Shown: piece after piece, positions 38,279 through 48,070 of the stretch | How the letters are laid out: each line of letters begins with the position of its first letter | How positions within the stretch are numbered: the first letter of the stretch is position 1 | NCBI GenBank assembly: GCA_963778655.1 | Contig: CAVZVA010000005.1 | Coordinates: 384,001-448,000 of the forward strand | Length of the DNA stretch: 64,000 nucleotides | Origin: an uncultured delta proteobacterium | GTDB lineage: Bacteria > Myxococcota_A > Polyangia > Polyangiales > JAFGIB01 | Reading direction: 5' to 3' | Translations under genes and position numbers: made by a program | Notes under the pieces: generated by a model | Databases searched by the model: none | Seen by the model: the letters and a program-made list of their open reading frames with translations, nothing else | What the model was told of the DNA's origin: nothing

Positions 38279-39277
38279 TCAGCCCACCGCCAGCGAAAAC
38301 AGCAAGCCCTCGCAGGCGATGCCGGGATTGGCGTTGCGCGCGAGGTCTTCGCCCAGCTGCTGGATGCGCGCCACGCGTGCCGCGGCGGTGGCCGGGGGCA
38401 GGCGCGCGGCGCGCGCCTCGATCAGATCGGCGCGGTGGCCGAAGGCCAGCTCCGCGGGCGGCGCGCCCAGCGCGCAGGCGGCCACGTCGCGGTAGAACAC
38501 GGCCAGCGATTCCAGCAGCAGCTCGCGCTCCTGGCCGCCGGCGAGCTGGTCGGCGAGCTCGAGCAGCGTGGCCGGGTCGGGTTGGGCCAGGGCTTCGTCG
38601 ACGCGCAGCGCCTGCTCGAGCACCAGCTGCGCGCGCTCGCCCTCGCACAACGCGAGCGCGCGATCGGCGCGTCCCGAGGCCAGCGCCACCGCCGGCCGGC
38701 GCACGGCCTCGGAGACGCCCCGGCGCTCGAGGATGCGCTCCAGCGCGGGCGCCGGCAGGCGCGCGAAGCGCACGCGCTGGCAGCGCGAGCGGATCGTCGG
38801 CAGCAGGCGGTCGGGCCGCTCGCTCAGCAACACGAAGTGAACCCGCGCGCGCGGCTCCTCCAGCGTCTTGAGCAGCGCGTTGGCGGCTTCTGGATGCTGC
38901 AGCGGAAAGGACACGTCGGCCTGAGGAAAGATCAAGAACGCGGCCGCGCTCTCGAAGGGTGCGAACTTGGCGAACGGCAGGATGTCGCCACGCAGCTGCT
39001 CGACCTGCAGGTTGCGGTTGCCCTCGTCGCGCGGCTCGAACACGCGCACGTCAGGGTGCTTGCCCTGATCCACGCGCCGGCAGGTCTCGCACGCGTCACA
39101 GCCTTCGCCCGGCCTCTCCGGGCACAGCGCGGCCCGCGCCAGCGCCAGCGCGGTCAGCTGTTTGCCCACGCCCGACGGTCCGGCGAACAGGTAGGCCTGC
39201 CCCAGCCTGCTTTCGCGCAGCGCATGCTGGAGCTGCCGCAGCACCGGCTCCTGCGCCTCGATCGCCGCAAAGCTCAT
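38279..39277 (-). CDS. holB: DNA polymerase III subunit delta'
   Basis: 'AYLFAGPSGVGK', Zn motif 'C..GCDACETC', 'HPDV', 'ANALLKTLEEP', 'LPTIRSRC'. Confidence 0.93.
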   Translation of the reverse strand: MSFAAIEAQEPVLRQLQHALRESRLGQAYLFAGPSGVGKQLTALALARAALCPERPGEGCDACETCRRVDQGKHPDVRVFEPRDEGNRNLQVEQLRGDILPFAKFAPFESAAAFLIFPQADVSFPLQHPEAANALLKTLEEPRARVHFVLLSERPDRLLPTIRSRCQRVRFARLPAPALERILERRGVSEAVRRPAVALASGRADRALALCEGERAQLVLEQALRVDEALAQPDPATLLELADQLAGGQERELLLESLAVFYRDVAACALGAPPAELAFGHRADLIEARAARLPPATAAARVARIQQLGEDLARNANPGIACEGLLFSLAVG

Positions 39278-39311
39278 CGCGGCGTTGTAGCACGAGTCGG
39301 GCAGGGGCTCA

Positions 39312-39438
39312 GGGGCGGGAGGGGCGCGAGCCCCGACGCACTGCGTTGTGCGAAGACGAGCGAGCGCAGCGAGCCACGCGGGAGGGTGGGGCCCCAACGG
39401 CTTTGCCGGTGGGGCGGGAGGGGCGCGAGCCCCTCCCG
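39312..39438. repeat. REP-like element, family B (CGGGAGGGGCGCGAGCCCCTCCCG hairpin)
   Basis: Direct repeat 'ggggcgggaggggcgcgagcccc' at 39312 and 39411; related copies at 52450-52505 and 62289-62340. Confidence 0.6.
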
Positions 39439-39439
39439 G

Positions 39440-40036
39440 TCACCCAGGCTCGAACAGCGCCTGCGCCAGTGTCTCGAGGGCTTGCAGCACGAAGGCCTCG
39501 TCGATCGCTTCGGGGTCCACGATGTTCTGCAGCAGCAGGCCGTCGAGCATGGCGTGCAGCAGTCGTGGAACCTTGGCCGGATCCACCTTGGCCTTGAGCC
39601 CTAACGCATCCAGATGCTCGCGCAGGTGCGCTTCGACCTGCGCGGAGGCGAATCGGTAGTACTCCGCGAGCGGCGGCCGCAGGCTGTGATCGTGCAGGCT
39701 CTGTGCCAGCAAATCGGCGACGACCTTGGCCTCGTCGGAGAGCTCGGCGCGCGCGCGCCACAGCTCGCGCAGCGACGAGCGCAGCGCGTCGATCGGATTG
39801 TCGCCGGCGGTCCACGCCTGGCGCGTGCGCGTGGCCACCATGTCGCAGGCGGTCTGCAGCACCTGGGCCATCAGCGCTTCCTTGGTTGGGAAGTGGTAGT
39901 GCACCGCGCCCTTGGACATGCCGACCTCGCTGGCGATGTCCATCAGGCTGGTGCGCGCATAGCCCTGGCGGGCGAGCACGCGCATCGCCGCGTCCACGAT
40001 GCTGGCGATGCTGATCTTGGATTTCTTGTACCCCAT
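39440..40036 (-). CDS. TetR/AcrR family transcriptional regulator
   Basis: HTH 'GYARTSLMDIASEVGMSKGAVHYHFPTKE'. Confidence 0.92.
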   Translation of the reverse strand: MGYKKSKISIASIVDAAMRVLARQGYARTSLMDIASEVGMSKGAVHYHFPTKEALMAQVLQTACDMVATRTRQAWTAGDNPIDALRSSLRELWRARAELSDEAKVVADLLAQSLHDHSLRPPLAEYYRFASAQVEAHLREHLDALGLKAKVDPAKVPRLLHAMLDGLLLQNIVDPEAIDEAFVLQALETLAQALFEPG

Positions 40037-40177
40037 GCTAGCTTCCTACCCGCGCGTCGCGGCCGAGGATCGAGCGTTGCGGCCCGTCGAGCGGGAGCCG
40101 GAACAGCGGCTGCGGCTCACGGGCGTACAGGGCGAGCCAGCCCCGATTCGCGAAGCTCGACCGCAGAGAACCGACGC

Positions 40178-40969
40178 ATGCCCGGGCCACAAGACGGACG
40201 CACCCTACCACGGCTGGTGCAGATCATGCAGCGGCTGCTGGCCCCCGAGGGCTGCCCCTGGGATCGCGAGCAGAGCCTGCAGAGCCTGCGCCCGTACGTG
40301 ATCGAGGAGGCTTACGAGGTGGTGGACGCGATCGATCACGGCTCGGCCGAGGAGCTGCGCGAGGAGCTCGGCGATCTGCTGCTGCAGATCGTGTTTCAGG
40401 CCGAGCTGGCGCGGGCACAGGGCTGGTTCGGGCCCGACGACGTGATCACGGCGATCTGCGACAAGCTGGTGCGGCGCCACCCGCACGTGTTCGGCGATGT
40501 CCGCGTGTCGGGCGCCGACGAGGTGGTGGTCAACTGGGAGGCGATCAAAGCCAAGGAGAAGCAGGGGCGGGGCGCGCTGCAGGGCGTTCCGGTCGCGTTG
40601 CCGGGGCTGCTGCGCGCGCTGCGCATGGGCGAGAAGGCCGCGCGCGTGGGCTTCGACTGGCCCGATGGCCAGGGCGCGCGCGACAAGATCGCCGAGGAGC
40701 TGGACGAGCTCGACCGCGCCGTGCGCAGCGCCGATGTAGAGGCGAGTCAGGCCGAGCTCGGCGATCTGCTGTTCGCGATCGTGAACTACGCGCGCAAGCT
40801 CAAGCTCGATCCGGAGGCCGCGCTGCGCGGCACGCTCGAGCGCTTTGCGCAGCGGGTGCGCGCGGTCGAGCAGGCCGCGGCCGCGCAGGGGCGCGAGCTC
40901 GACGCGATGAGCGCCGCCGAGCTGGACGCGCTGTGGCGCGAGGCCAAGGCGGCCGAGCCGGGCAGGTGA
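40178..40969 (+). CDS. mazG: Nucleoside triphosphate pyrophosphohydrolase MazG
   Basis: 'GCPWDREQ', 'EEAYEV', 'EELGDLL', 'KLVRRHPHVF', 'GFDW', second 'ELGDLLF'. Confidence 0.94.
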   Translation: MPGPQDGRTLPRLVQIMQRLLAPEGCPWDREQSLQSLRPYVIEEAYEVVDAIDHGSAEELREELGDLLLQIVFQAELARAQGWFGPDDVITAICDKLVRRHPHVFGDVRVSGADEVVVNWEAIKAKEKQGRGALQGVPVALPGLLRALRMGEKAARVGFDWPDGQGARDKIAEELDELDRAVRSADVEASQAELGDLLFAIVNYARKLKLDPEAALRGTLERFAQRVRAVEQAAAAQGRELDAMSAAELDALWREAKAAEPGR

Positions 40970-41156
40970 GCGAGGACCGGCCCCCTGGCGGGGCCGCACC
41001 AGGGCGAAGTCCAGATCCTCCTTAGTTTCCGCTTCCCCGTCTCCCTAGCTTCCCGCCTCCCTGCTTCCTGGACCACGCTTGCCGGTTTTTTGGTGCCCTA
41101 CATTGACGCAGATAGACTCACACCAAGCCTCTTGGGGCAACGCGGAGGAGGGTGTG

Positions 41157-41891
41157 ATGCGAGCGAGTGGTTTGCGCATGATTCTGGTGCTCACGTGCCT
41201 CGCCGCCTCGGCGTGCGGCAAGGGCAAGGGCGAGGATTACGGCGTGCTGGTCGTGCCGTACGAGCTGGGCAATCACCGCCAGTGCGGCGATCTCGGCATC
41301 GTCTCGGTGCGCGCGGAGCTCGACGAGGGCAACCTCAGCCAGGAGGTCGACTGCGGCGCCGGCCAGGTGCGCTTCAACCTGCTGCAGCCGGGCCACTACG
41401 ACGTGGTGGTCTACGGCGTGGACGACAGCGGCGTGCAGGCCATGGACAGCCTGGCCGCGGGGCCCGTGCCGGTGGAGGTGGTGGGCAGCGGCACTACCGT
41501 CGTGGTCGATCCGGCGGTCAAGCTGACCGCGGCGCCGGCCAAGCTGCAGCTGCGCTGGGACCTCGGCTTCGGCAGCTGCGAGAGCTCGTCGATCGACAGC
41601 TTCGCGATCAGCGCGTGGCGCAGCGACGGCAGCGACCTGCTGATGCAGACCAAGGTGCCCTGCAGCACGGTGGGCAAGGGCCGCGAGCAATACCGCCTGG
41701 TGCCGGACATGGAGCGCGCGCTCAGCGGCGACGAGTTGGGCGAGGTCGACGTGCAGGCGCAGGACAGCCACGGCATTCCGATGGGCGAGTCGGTCACCTT
41801 CAACTTCGCGCCCCCCGGCGCGGGCGGAGAGGTCAAGCTCTCGCTCAACTGCATGGATGGCGGCTGCAAAGGCAGCGGCGTGCCTGACTGA
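41157..41891 (+). CDS. Hypothetical Cys-containing lipoprotein
   Basis: GGAGGAGG RBS; lipobox 'ASAC'; paired cysteines; host codon bias. Confidence 0.72.
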   Translation: MRASGLRMILVLTCLAASACGKGKGEDYGVLVVPYELGNHRQCGDLGIVSVRAELDEGNLSQEVDCGAGQVRFNLLQPGHYDVVVYGVDDSGVQAMDSLAAGPVPVEVVGSGTTVVVDPAVKLTAAPAKLQLRWDLGFGSCESSSIDSFAISAWRSDGSDLLMQTKVPCSTVGKGREQYRLVPDMERALSGDELGEVDVQAQDSHGIPMGESVTFNFAPPGAGGEVKLSLNCMDGGCKGSGVPD

Positions 41892-41906
41892 GGTGCGCGC
41901 CCGAAG

Positions 41907-41981
41907 ATTCACAGGCAGACGGGAAGGCGGCAAGCCCGAACACTTGTTTCATCCTTCCCGTCTTCCCGCTGTCCTGTTTCA
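41907..41981. repeat. REP-like palindrome, family A
   Basis: 'acaggcagacgggaaggcggcaag...cttcccgtcttcccgctgtcctgt'. Confidence 0.7.
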
Positions 41982-41995
41982 TTTTCCGGAGATCT

Positions 41996-42955
41996 TCACG
42001 CGCGCGCGGCGCCGAACGCCAGCACCTCGCCGATCTCGCGGGCGCCCAGCAACAGCATCAGCAGGCGGTCGACGCCGAGCGCGTTGCCACCGCTGGGCGG
42101 CATGCCGCGAGCGAGCGCGGACAGAAAGCGCTCGTCGATCGGGTAGGCCGGCTTGCCCAGCCGCGCGCGCGCTTGCAGGTCCGCCTCGAGCCGCCGGCGC
42201 TGCTCGGCGGCATCGGTCAGCTCGGAGAAGCCGTTGCACAGCTCCACGCCGTCCAGATACGCCTCGAAGCGCTCGGCCACGCTGGGGTCTGTGGGACACA
42301 ACCGCGCCAGCGCGGCCATGCTCGCCGGATAGTGGGTGAGGAAGGTGGGCTTGCCGCGCCCTAGCTGCGGCTCCACGCGTTCGATCAGCGTGCGGTAGAA
42401 GCGCTCCTCGTCGGGCAGCAGGTCCTCGACCGCCACTCCCGCGTGGCGCAGGAAGGCCTCGCGCACGCTCAGCCGTGGCCAGGGCGGGCTGACGTCGAGC
42501 TCGGCGTCGCGGCCGGGGATGGTCGTGCCGCCGAGCAGCGTGCGCGCCACGTGCGCGACCAGCTGCTCGGTGTCCTGCATCATCTGCTCGAAGTCGCTGC
42601 CCGCTCGGTACCACTCCAGCAGGGTGAACTCGGGCTCGTGCAGCGCGCCCAGCTCCTCGCCGCGGTAGACCTTGCATAGCTGGTAGATGCGCGGCAGCCC
42701 CGCCGCGAGCAGTCGCTTCATGTGGTACTCGGGGCTGGTGTGCAGAAAGCGCGACGCGCCGGCGCCGCGTACCTGAAGCGCCGTGAGGTGCAGCTCGACA
42801 CCCGGGCTCGGCACCAACGCCGGCGTCTCCACCGCGATGAAGCCGGCCTGGTCGAAGAACGCGCGCAGCGCCTGCAGCGCAGCGTGCCGGTGGCGCAAGG
42901 CGTCGAGGGTAGCAGTGGGGGCCCAGTCGGCGGCGCGCTGCGCGCCCTGCGTCAT
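41996..42955 (-). CDS. epmA: EF-P lysine aminoacylase EpmA (GenX/PoxA)
   Basis: 'LHTSPEYHMKRLLAAG', 'HEPEFTLLEWYR', 'ERFE', 'ELCNGFSELTD', 'GVDRL'; overlaps the efp stop. Confidence 0.94.
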   Translation of the reverse strand: MTQGAQRAADWAPTATLDALRHRHAALQALRAFFDQAGFIAVETPALVPSPGVELHLTALQVRGAGASRFLHTSPEYHMKRLLAAGLPRIYQLCKVYRGEELGALHEPEFTLLEWYRAGSDFEQMMQDTEQLVAHVARTLLGGTTIPGRDAELDVSPPWPRLSVREAFLRHAGVAVEDLLPDEERFYRTLIERVEPQLGRGKPTFLTHYPASMAALARLCPTDPSVAERFEAYLDGVELCNGFSELTDAAEQRRRLEADLQARARLGKPAYPIDERFLSALARGMPPSGGNALGVDRLLMLLLGAREIGEVLAFGAARA

Positions 42956-43515
42956 TTCTTGACGCGCTCGCAGTAAGCCCCGGTGCGGGTGTCGATGCGA
43001 AGCGTCTCGCCTTCCTCGATGAAGAGCGGCACCTGCACCTCCAGCCCGGTCTCGAGCTTGGCGGGCTTGGTGGCGTTGCTGCTGGTGTCGCCCTTGAAGC
43101 CGGGCTCCGTGCTCTCCACCTTGAGCTCGACGAAGTTCGGCGGGGTCGCGCCCACCGGACGCCCGCTGACGAACAACACGTCGACCATCAGGCCGTCGAT
43201 CATGTAGCTCTGCGCGTCGCCCACCAGCTCCGGCGTGAGCTGCATCTGCTCGTAGGTGCCGGTGTCCATGAACACGAACATGTCGGCCTCCTTGTACAGG
43301 AACTGCATCTGGCGGTCCTCCACGTCGGCCGGCTGCAGCTTGTCGCCGGAGCGGAAGGTACGCTCGAGCACCGATCCGGTGAGCAGGTTCTTGAGCTTGG
43401 TGCGCGTGAACGCCTGCCCTTTGCCCGGCTTGACGAACTGGAACTCGATCACCGAGTAGGGGTTGCCGTCGATGGTGACCTTGAGGCCCTTCTTGATGTC
43501 CGAGGTGTCGTACAC
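42952..43515 (-). CDS. efp: Elongation factor P
   Basis: 'FVKPGKGQAF', 'EPGFKGDT', 'KPAKLETG', 'VPLFI', 'IDTRTG'. Confidence 0.97.
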   Translation of the reverse strand: MYDTSDIKKGLKVTIDGNPYSVIEFQFVKPGKGQAFTRTKLKNLLTGSVLERTFRSGDKLQPADVEDRQMQFLYKEADMFVFMDTGTYEQMQLTPELVGDAQSYMIDGLMVDVLFVSGRPVGATPPNFVELKVESTEPGFKGDTSSNATKPAKLETGLEVQVPLFIEEGETLRIDTRTGAYCERVKK

Positions 43516-43539
43516 GGTCTCTCTCCTATGCGCCTTCCG

Positions 43540-43962
43540 CTATTGCAGCTGGATCTTCTCGCTCGCGATCACCTGGTCGCCCGGCGCGTTCGGCCGCGCG
43601 CTACGCTCGGCGGTAATCATGACCGTGAAATGCCGAAAAGGGCTAGTGGCCGCCAGGTCTCCGGTGCGCTGCTCGCTGTTGTACTTGAGCACGCCGGCCC
43701 ACACCGCGGCCCCCCGTTGTGGCACGAACCACACCACGTAGGCGGTCAGGTCGTCGCGGATCCGGCTCGGCGGCCGCAGGTACTCCAGGTGCGTGGCGAC
43801 CTGGGTGCTGCCGCCCTCCAGCGCGTCCACCTCGACCGTACCCGAGGCGTTGGGCGCGCGGGCGTTGCCGATCACCACGTAGCGCCCGTCGGCCCCACAG
43901 CTCCACAGCAGCAGGCCCGCGCTCCATGCGAGCAGCAGCAAGCGCCAGCGCGGTACGGTCAT
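43540..43962 (-). CDS. Hypothetical small lipoprotein
   Basis: Lipobox-like 'LLWSC'; beta-rich 'YVVWF...FTVMITAE'. Confidence 0.65.
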   Translation of the reverse strand: MTVPRWRLLLLAWSAGLLLWSCGADGRYVVIGNARAPNASGTVEVDALEGGSTQVATHLEYLRPPSRIRDDLTAYVVWFVPQRGAAVWAGVLKYNSEQRTGDLAATSPFRHFTVMITAERSARPNAPGDQVIASEKIQLQ

Positions 43963-44066
43963 TCGGCTTTCTCCCGGGTTCACAGAGCTGTCGGCTTGTA
44001 GGCTGAGGTCCCGACCCCGTCAAGTCGGGCGGTTGGCGCGGGCCCGGGCAGCATCCCGCCGGGCCA

Positions 44067-44153
44067 TGAACCAGGAAGACAGGAAGGTCCGACGATCATT
44101 CGGACGCCAGTCGCAAGCGACTCTTCCTCCCGCCTTCCCGCCTTCCCGTGATT
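44067..44153. repeat. REP-like palindrome, family A
   Basis: 'aaccaggaagacaggaagg...cccgccttcccgccttcccgtg'. Confidence 0.62.
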
Positions 44154-44217
44154 CCCGAAATCCGGGCGCCGTTCGGTGGGCTTGCAGGGGCTGCCGCGGC
44201 ACGTTATCCCGGCAGCG

Positions 44218-45108
44218 ATGCGCGACACCGACGACGAGATCCTCGAGATCAAGACCGAGATCATCGAGTCCCGCGGGCTGATCATCAAGACCAACAACCT
44301 GACCAACTCGCTGGCTGCCGACATCAAGTCGATTGCCAAGCGGCAGGCGGGCTATGAGCGGCGCTTCACCTGGAACAGCGCGGTCGCCTACGTGCTGTTC
44401 GCCACGCTCTCGTTCGTGGGGCTGAAGCTGTGGTCGGACGTCCGTATCAACGAGATCGGCTCCGAAAAGGAGGAGCTGACCCAGCAGGTGCACAAGCTGC
44501 GCCAGGATCTGGAGGAGGAGACGCGCAGGGCGGAGAAGCGCGAGCAGGCCGAGGCCAAGGCGTCGGCCTACTACGACATGATCCGCAAGAAAGACTACTC
44601 GCGCGTGGTCGAGGGCTACGACGACATCCGCCAGGAGCAGCTGTCCAAAGCCGAGGCGGAGTTCTTCCGCGATACCGAGGAGCGCTTTCGCTTGCAGCTC
44701 TCAGTCAACGCCTACCAGAGCGGGCTCGGAATGATGCACACCGGCCGCTACGCCGAGGCGGCCGAGTCGTTTCAGGAAGCGATCCGGCTCAAGGACGAGG
44801 CCTCGCACATCCCGGCGGTCAAGCTCAACCTGGCACAGGCCATGTGGCACCTGGGACGCGCCGGCGAGGCGTCGGTGCTGGCCCAGGAGGTGATCGACCA
44901 GAACATCGACAAGGAGCTGCAGGACGACGCGACCTGGCTTCTCAGCGAGTGCGCCGAGGACCTCGGCAACATCGATGACGCGCGCAACGCGCTGCGCATG
45001 CTGCTGCGGCGCTGGCCGCGCTCGGCGCTGGTGCCCGATGCGATGAAGCGGCTGAACGAGCTGACGATCAAGGTCTGGAAGACCAAGAGCAGCAAGAGCA
45101 AGACCTGA
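44218..45108 (+). CDS. Membrane-anchored coiled-coil/TPR protein
   Basis: N-terminal coiled coil, TM 'AVAYVLFATLSFVGL', C-terminal TPRs ending 'RRWPRS'. Confidence 0.78.
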   Translation: MRDTDDEILEIKTEIIESRGLIIKTNNLTNSLAADIKSIAKRQAGYERRFTWNSAVAYVLFATLSFVGLKLWSDVRINEIGSEKEELTQQVHKLRQDLEEETRRAEKREQAEAKASAYYDMIRKKDYSRVVEGYDDIRQEQLSKAEAEFFRDTEERFRLQLSVNAYQSGLGMMHTGRYAEAAESFQEAIRLKDEASHIPAVKLNLAQAMWHLGRAGEASVLAQEVIDQNIDKELQDDATWLLSECAEDLGNIDDARNALRMLLRRWPRSALVPDAMKRLNELTIKVWKTKSSKSKT

Positions 45109-45124
45109 AGGCGGGTCCAGCGCA

Positions 45125-45742
45125 CTACCGCAGCACGCCGACGATTCGCGGTTGCTCGCTCGGACGCACCACGACTTCGCGGAAGCAGGGGAAGCGCGAG
45201 CCTGTCCCGATCGGCCAGGCCGGCAGCGTGACCCGCAGATCCTGCGCGCCGAGGCCCACGGGCAGCGGCGCCGCCCCGCCGGCCTGCGCAACCGGCCGTA
45301 CCCGCAGCGCGTCTCGATGCGCCGGCGTCGGGGCGCGTTGCAGCGGCTCGAAGCTGAGCCCGCGCCGCACGCGCAGGCAGCGTTCGAGCACCGCGGCGCG
45401 CGGCTCGATCAATCCGCTCGCCAGCTCGACTACGTGCTCGGCCAGCAACGCCTCGAGCGCGTCCGGGTCGGGCTCGCGTAGCGCGCGCGCAAGCGCCCGC
45501 GCGACCGCGCGGGCTTGCTCGTCGGGGGCCGTTAGCGCGAGCGCGGGGCCGCGGCCGGGCTCGTGCGGGCGAGGACGCGGCGTGTAGGGCAGCCGCTCGC
45601 GCTCCACGAAGCGCGCCTCGGGCGGGTAGGGCGCGGCGGCGCTCGCTCCGCCACAGCCCGCCGCGAGCAGCGCCAGCAGCACGCCGCGGCCGGCGAGCTG
45701 AAGGCCACCGCGCCGATGTCCCCGCGTGCCCGCGCCCGACAT
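45125..45742 (-). CDS. Hypothetical lipoprotein
   Basis: Lipobox 'LAAGC'; fills the gap between confident genes. Confidence 0.5.
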   Translation of the reverse strand: MSGAGTRGHRRGGLQLAGRGVLLALLAAGCGGASAAAPYPPEARFVERERLPYTPRPRPHEPGRGPALALTAPDEQARAVARALARALREPDPDALEALLAEHVVELASGLIEPRAAVLERCLRVRRGLSFEPLQRAPTPAHRDALRVRPVAQAGGAAPLPVGLGAQDLRVTLPAWPIGTGSRFPCFREVVVRPSEQPRIVGVLR

Positions 45743-45750
45743 CGGGCGGC

Positions 45751-46566
45751 TCAGAGCGACTGGCTGCTCACTTGCAGGTCGCGGTCGACGCAGACCACCT
45801 CGCCTTCGGCCACCTCGCGGTAGCCGGTTGGCACCTGCGCTCCTCCGTAGCTCGCCACGATCACGTAGCGCACGGCCTGCTCGCTCGCCGGCGTGCCGCC
45901 CGCGCCTTCGCTGCCGCGCAGAACCAGGCGGTCGCGCTGCGCCAGGGCCAGCGGGCTGCCGCGTCGCAGCACGTAGAGCTGCCGGCCGTTGGTGAGCGCG
46001 AGCGTGAGGCTGCCAGGGCTGGCGCCGACCTCGCGCGTGTGGCGGTCGGCAAGCGTGACCGCGCCGCGCAGCGCGCCGACCACCGCCGCCTCACTCACGT
46101 CGACCGCGTCGAGATGGCCACTGTCGTGCAGGAAAGACAGCACCACGTGAAACAGCAGCTCGCTGTCGGTCTGCCCGCGGATGTTGCGCCGCAGGAAGTC
46201 GGGCAGCGATTCGAGCATGCGTTCGCGCAACGCGGCGTAGCCCGCGACCTCGCCGACGTGCGCGAACAGCCACTGGCGCATGCGGAAGGGCTGGGTGTTG
46301 TCGGCGCGGCGATCGCCGACCGTGGCTTCACGCACGTGCGCGATCACCACGTGCGAGCGCACTCCGTCGAGCACGCCGCTCCAGGCCACCTGACCTTCGA
46401 TCGGCTGGGGCAGCTTGCGGTGCAGGGCCTCGCCGGCCTGGTAGAAGCCGGCGCCCCAGCCGTCGGCGCCCCGGGGCAAGCTGACGTCGAGCACGTCGCG
46501 CTCCTCGAGCAGGGCAGCGCCCAGCAGGTCCGGTCGGGAAATCATGCACGCAAACAGCAATCCCAT
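45751..46566 (-). CDS. Class II glutamine amidotransferase-like protein (EgtC/YafJ family)
   Basis: 'DGWGAGFY', 'IAHVREATVG', 'NTQPF', 'WLFAH', 'GQTDSE'; no N-terminal Cys. Confidence 0.82.
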   Translation of the reverse strand: MGLLFACMISRPDLLGAALLEERDVLDVSLPRGADGWGAGFYQAGEALHRKLPQPIEGQVAWSGVLDGVRSHVVIAHVREATVGDRRADNTQPFRMRQWLFAHVGEVAGYAALRERMLESLPDFLRRNIRGQTDSELLFHVVLSFLHDSGHLDAVDVSEAAVVGALRGAVTLADRHTREVGASPGSLTLALTNGRQLYVLRRGSPLALAQRDRLVLRGSEGAGGTPASEQAVRYVIVASYGGAQVPTGYREVAEGEVVCVDRDLQVSSQSL

Positions 46567-46715
46567 GTGTAGATGATGAGTATAGTCCATCGGCGCGGCG
46601 GTGGAGGCGCCGACGCGCAGGTTTGTCGCGAATCTTACGCGAGGCGGGGGCAGCCGCGCGCCGCGGTCGCGCTGCGCGCTACGCGCCGCGCGCGAGCCTG
46701 CGTGTGCGTCCCCAC

Positions 46716-46880
46716 CTACTCGGATGTGGTCTGCTCGAGCGCGCGGCGCAAGCCCTGCCGCGTGCGGCGCAGCGCAGCGCTGCGCGCCCGGCGTTCGAGC
46801 GCGCGCAGCACCACCACACACGCGGCCGCGAAGCTCAGGACGAGCGCCGCGGGCCAGACGTCGATGCCGAGGTAGGACAT
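46716..46880 (-). CDS. Possible small membrane protein
   Basis: 54-aa ORF with TM 'VWPAALVLSFAAACVVVL' and an AAGGA upstream. Confidence 0.4.
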   Translation of the reverse strand: MSYLGIDVWPAALVLSFAAACVVVLRALERRARSAALRRTRQGLRRALEQTTSE

Positions 46881-46986
46881 GCCGGCACCGTCCTTCGCGG
46901 CCAGCATGGGTGTTGTGCGGCAGCCCCGCAAGCTGGCTTGTGGCGCATTATTGGGCGGCTTTCCAGGCTTGTGGTACGAAACCGCA

Positions 46987-47880
46987 GTGGCCGCAGTCGA
47001 CGACGGGTGGGTCGATCTGTACCTGGACCACCTGCAGGTCGAGCGCTGTCTGGGCGCGCGCACCGTCAGCGCCTACGCCGGCGATCTGCGCCGCGTCCTG
47101 AGCTGGCTCGAAGGCCGCGGGCTCACGCTCGCAACTTTCGACGCGGGGGCGTTGAGCGGGCTGCTGCTGGACTTCTCGCGCCAGGGCCTGAGCGCACGCT
47201 CGCAGGGACGCTTGCTCTCCAGCCTGCGCGGGCTGTTCCGCTATCTCGGGCAGGAGGGCCTCACGGAAAATTGTCCCACCGCGCTGGTCGCCTCCCCCAG
47301 GCTGACGCGCAAGCTGCCCGCCCTGCTCAACCGCGAGGAGGTGCTGCGCTTGCTGGGCGCACCGGACCCGGACCACCCGCGCGGGGTGCGCGATACCGCG
47401 ATGTTGCACGTGATGTACGCCGCCGGGCTGCGCGTCTCGGAGCTGGTGGGGCTGCCGCTCGGCGACACGGACCTGCGCGCCGGGTACGTGCGGGTGACGG
47501 GCAAGGGAGACAAGCGTCGACTGGTGCCGCTGGGTCAGCTGGCCTGCGGGGCGGTCGAGCGCTATCTCGCACAGGTGCGGCCGCGCTGGGCGGCGCCAGG
47601 CGAAAAGCGGCTGTTCGTGAGCGCGCGCGGAAAGGGCCTGAGCCGGCAGGCGTTCTGGAAGGCGATCAAGCAGCACGCGGCCGCCGCCGGCATCACCAAG
47701 CAGATGACGCCACACATGCTGCGCCACTCGTTCGCGACGCACATGCTGCAAGGCGGTGCCGACCTGCGCGTCGTTCAGACCATGCTCGGCCACGCCGACA
47801 TCAGCACCACCCAGATCTATACCCACGTCACCGGCGATCACCTGCGCGAGATGCACCGCCGCTGCCATCCACGGGCCTGA
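46987..47880 (+). CDS. xerD: Tyrosine recombinase XerD
   Basis: '[10 protein letters not shown]', 'GKGDKRR', '[11 protein letters not shown]', '[15 protein letters not shown]'. Confidence 0.92.
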   Translation: MAAVDDGWVDLYLDHLQVERCLGARTVSAYAGDLRRVLSWLEGRGLTLATFDAGALSGLLLDFSRQGLSARSQGRLLSSLRGLFRYLGQEGLTENCPTALVASPRLTRKLPALLNREEVLRLLGAPDPDHPRGVRDTAMLHVMYAAGLRVSELVGLPLGDTDLRAGYVRVTGKGDKRRLVPLGQLACGAVERYLAQVRPRWAAPGEKRLFVSARGKGLSRQAFWKAIKQHAAAAGITKQMTPHMLRHSFATHMLQGGADLRVVQTMLGHADISTTQIYTHVTGDHLREMHRRCHPRA

Positions 47881-48070
47881 AAGTCTGTGTAGGGGGCGCG
47901 GTACGTGCCGCCCGCCGGCTCGACGCGCACCCGCCCCCGGGGGTAGGAGACGGTGTAAGTCAGCGAGAGCATGTGGTATAAGGCCGCGCCCCGGGCGCGC
48001 CGCGGTCCTGGCTCCGCCGATCGCGGCGCCGACCGTACACAGGGGCCGACCTTCAGGCAGGAGGCACCCA

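Noticed and set aside
40178..40969. MazG as part of a toxin-antitoxin or anti-phage system
   Set aside because: Ordinary two-domain housekeeping MazG with no mazEF or defence genes nearby
46987..47880. Tyrosine recombinase as a prophage or island integrase
   Set aside because: Length and motifs fit chromosomal XerD; the neighbours are housekeeping genes; no att sites, tRNA or phage genes seen
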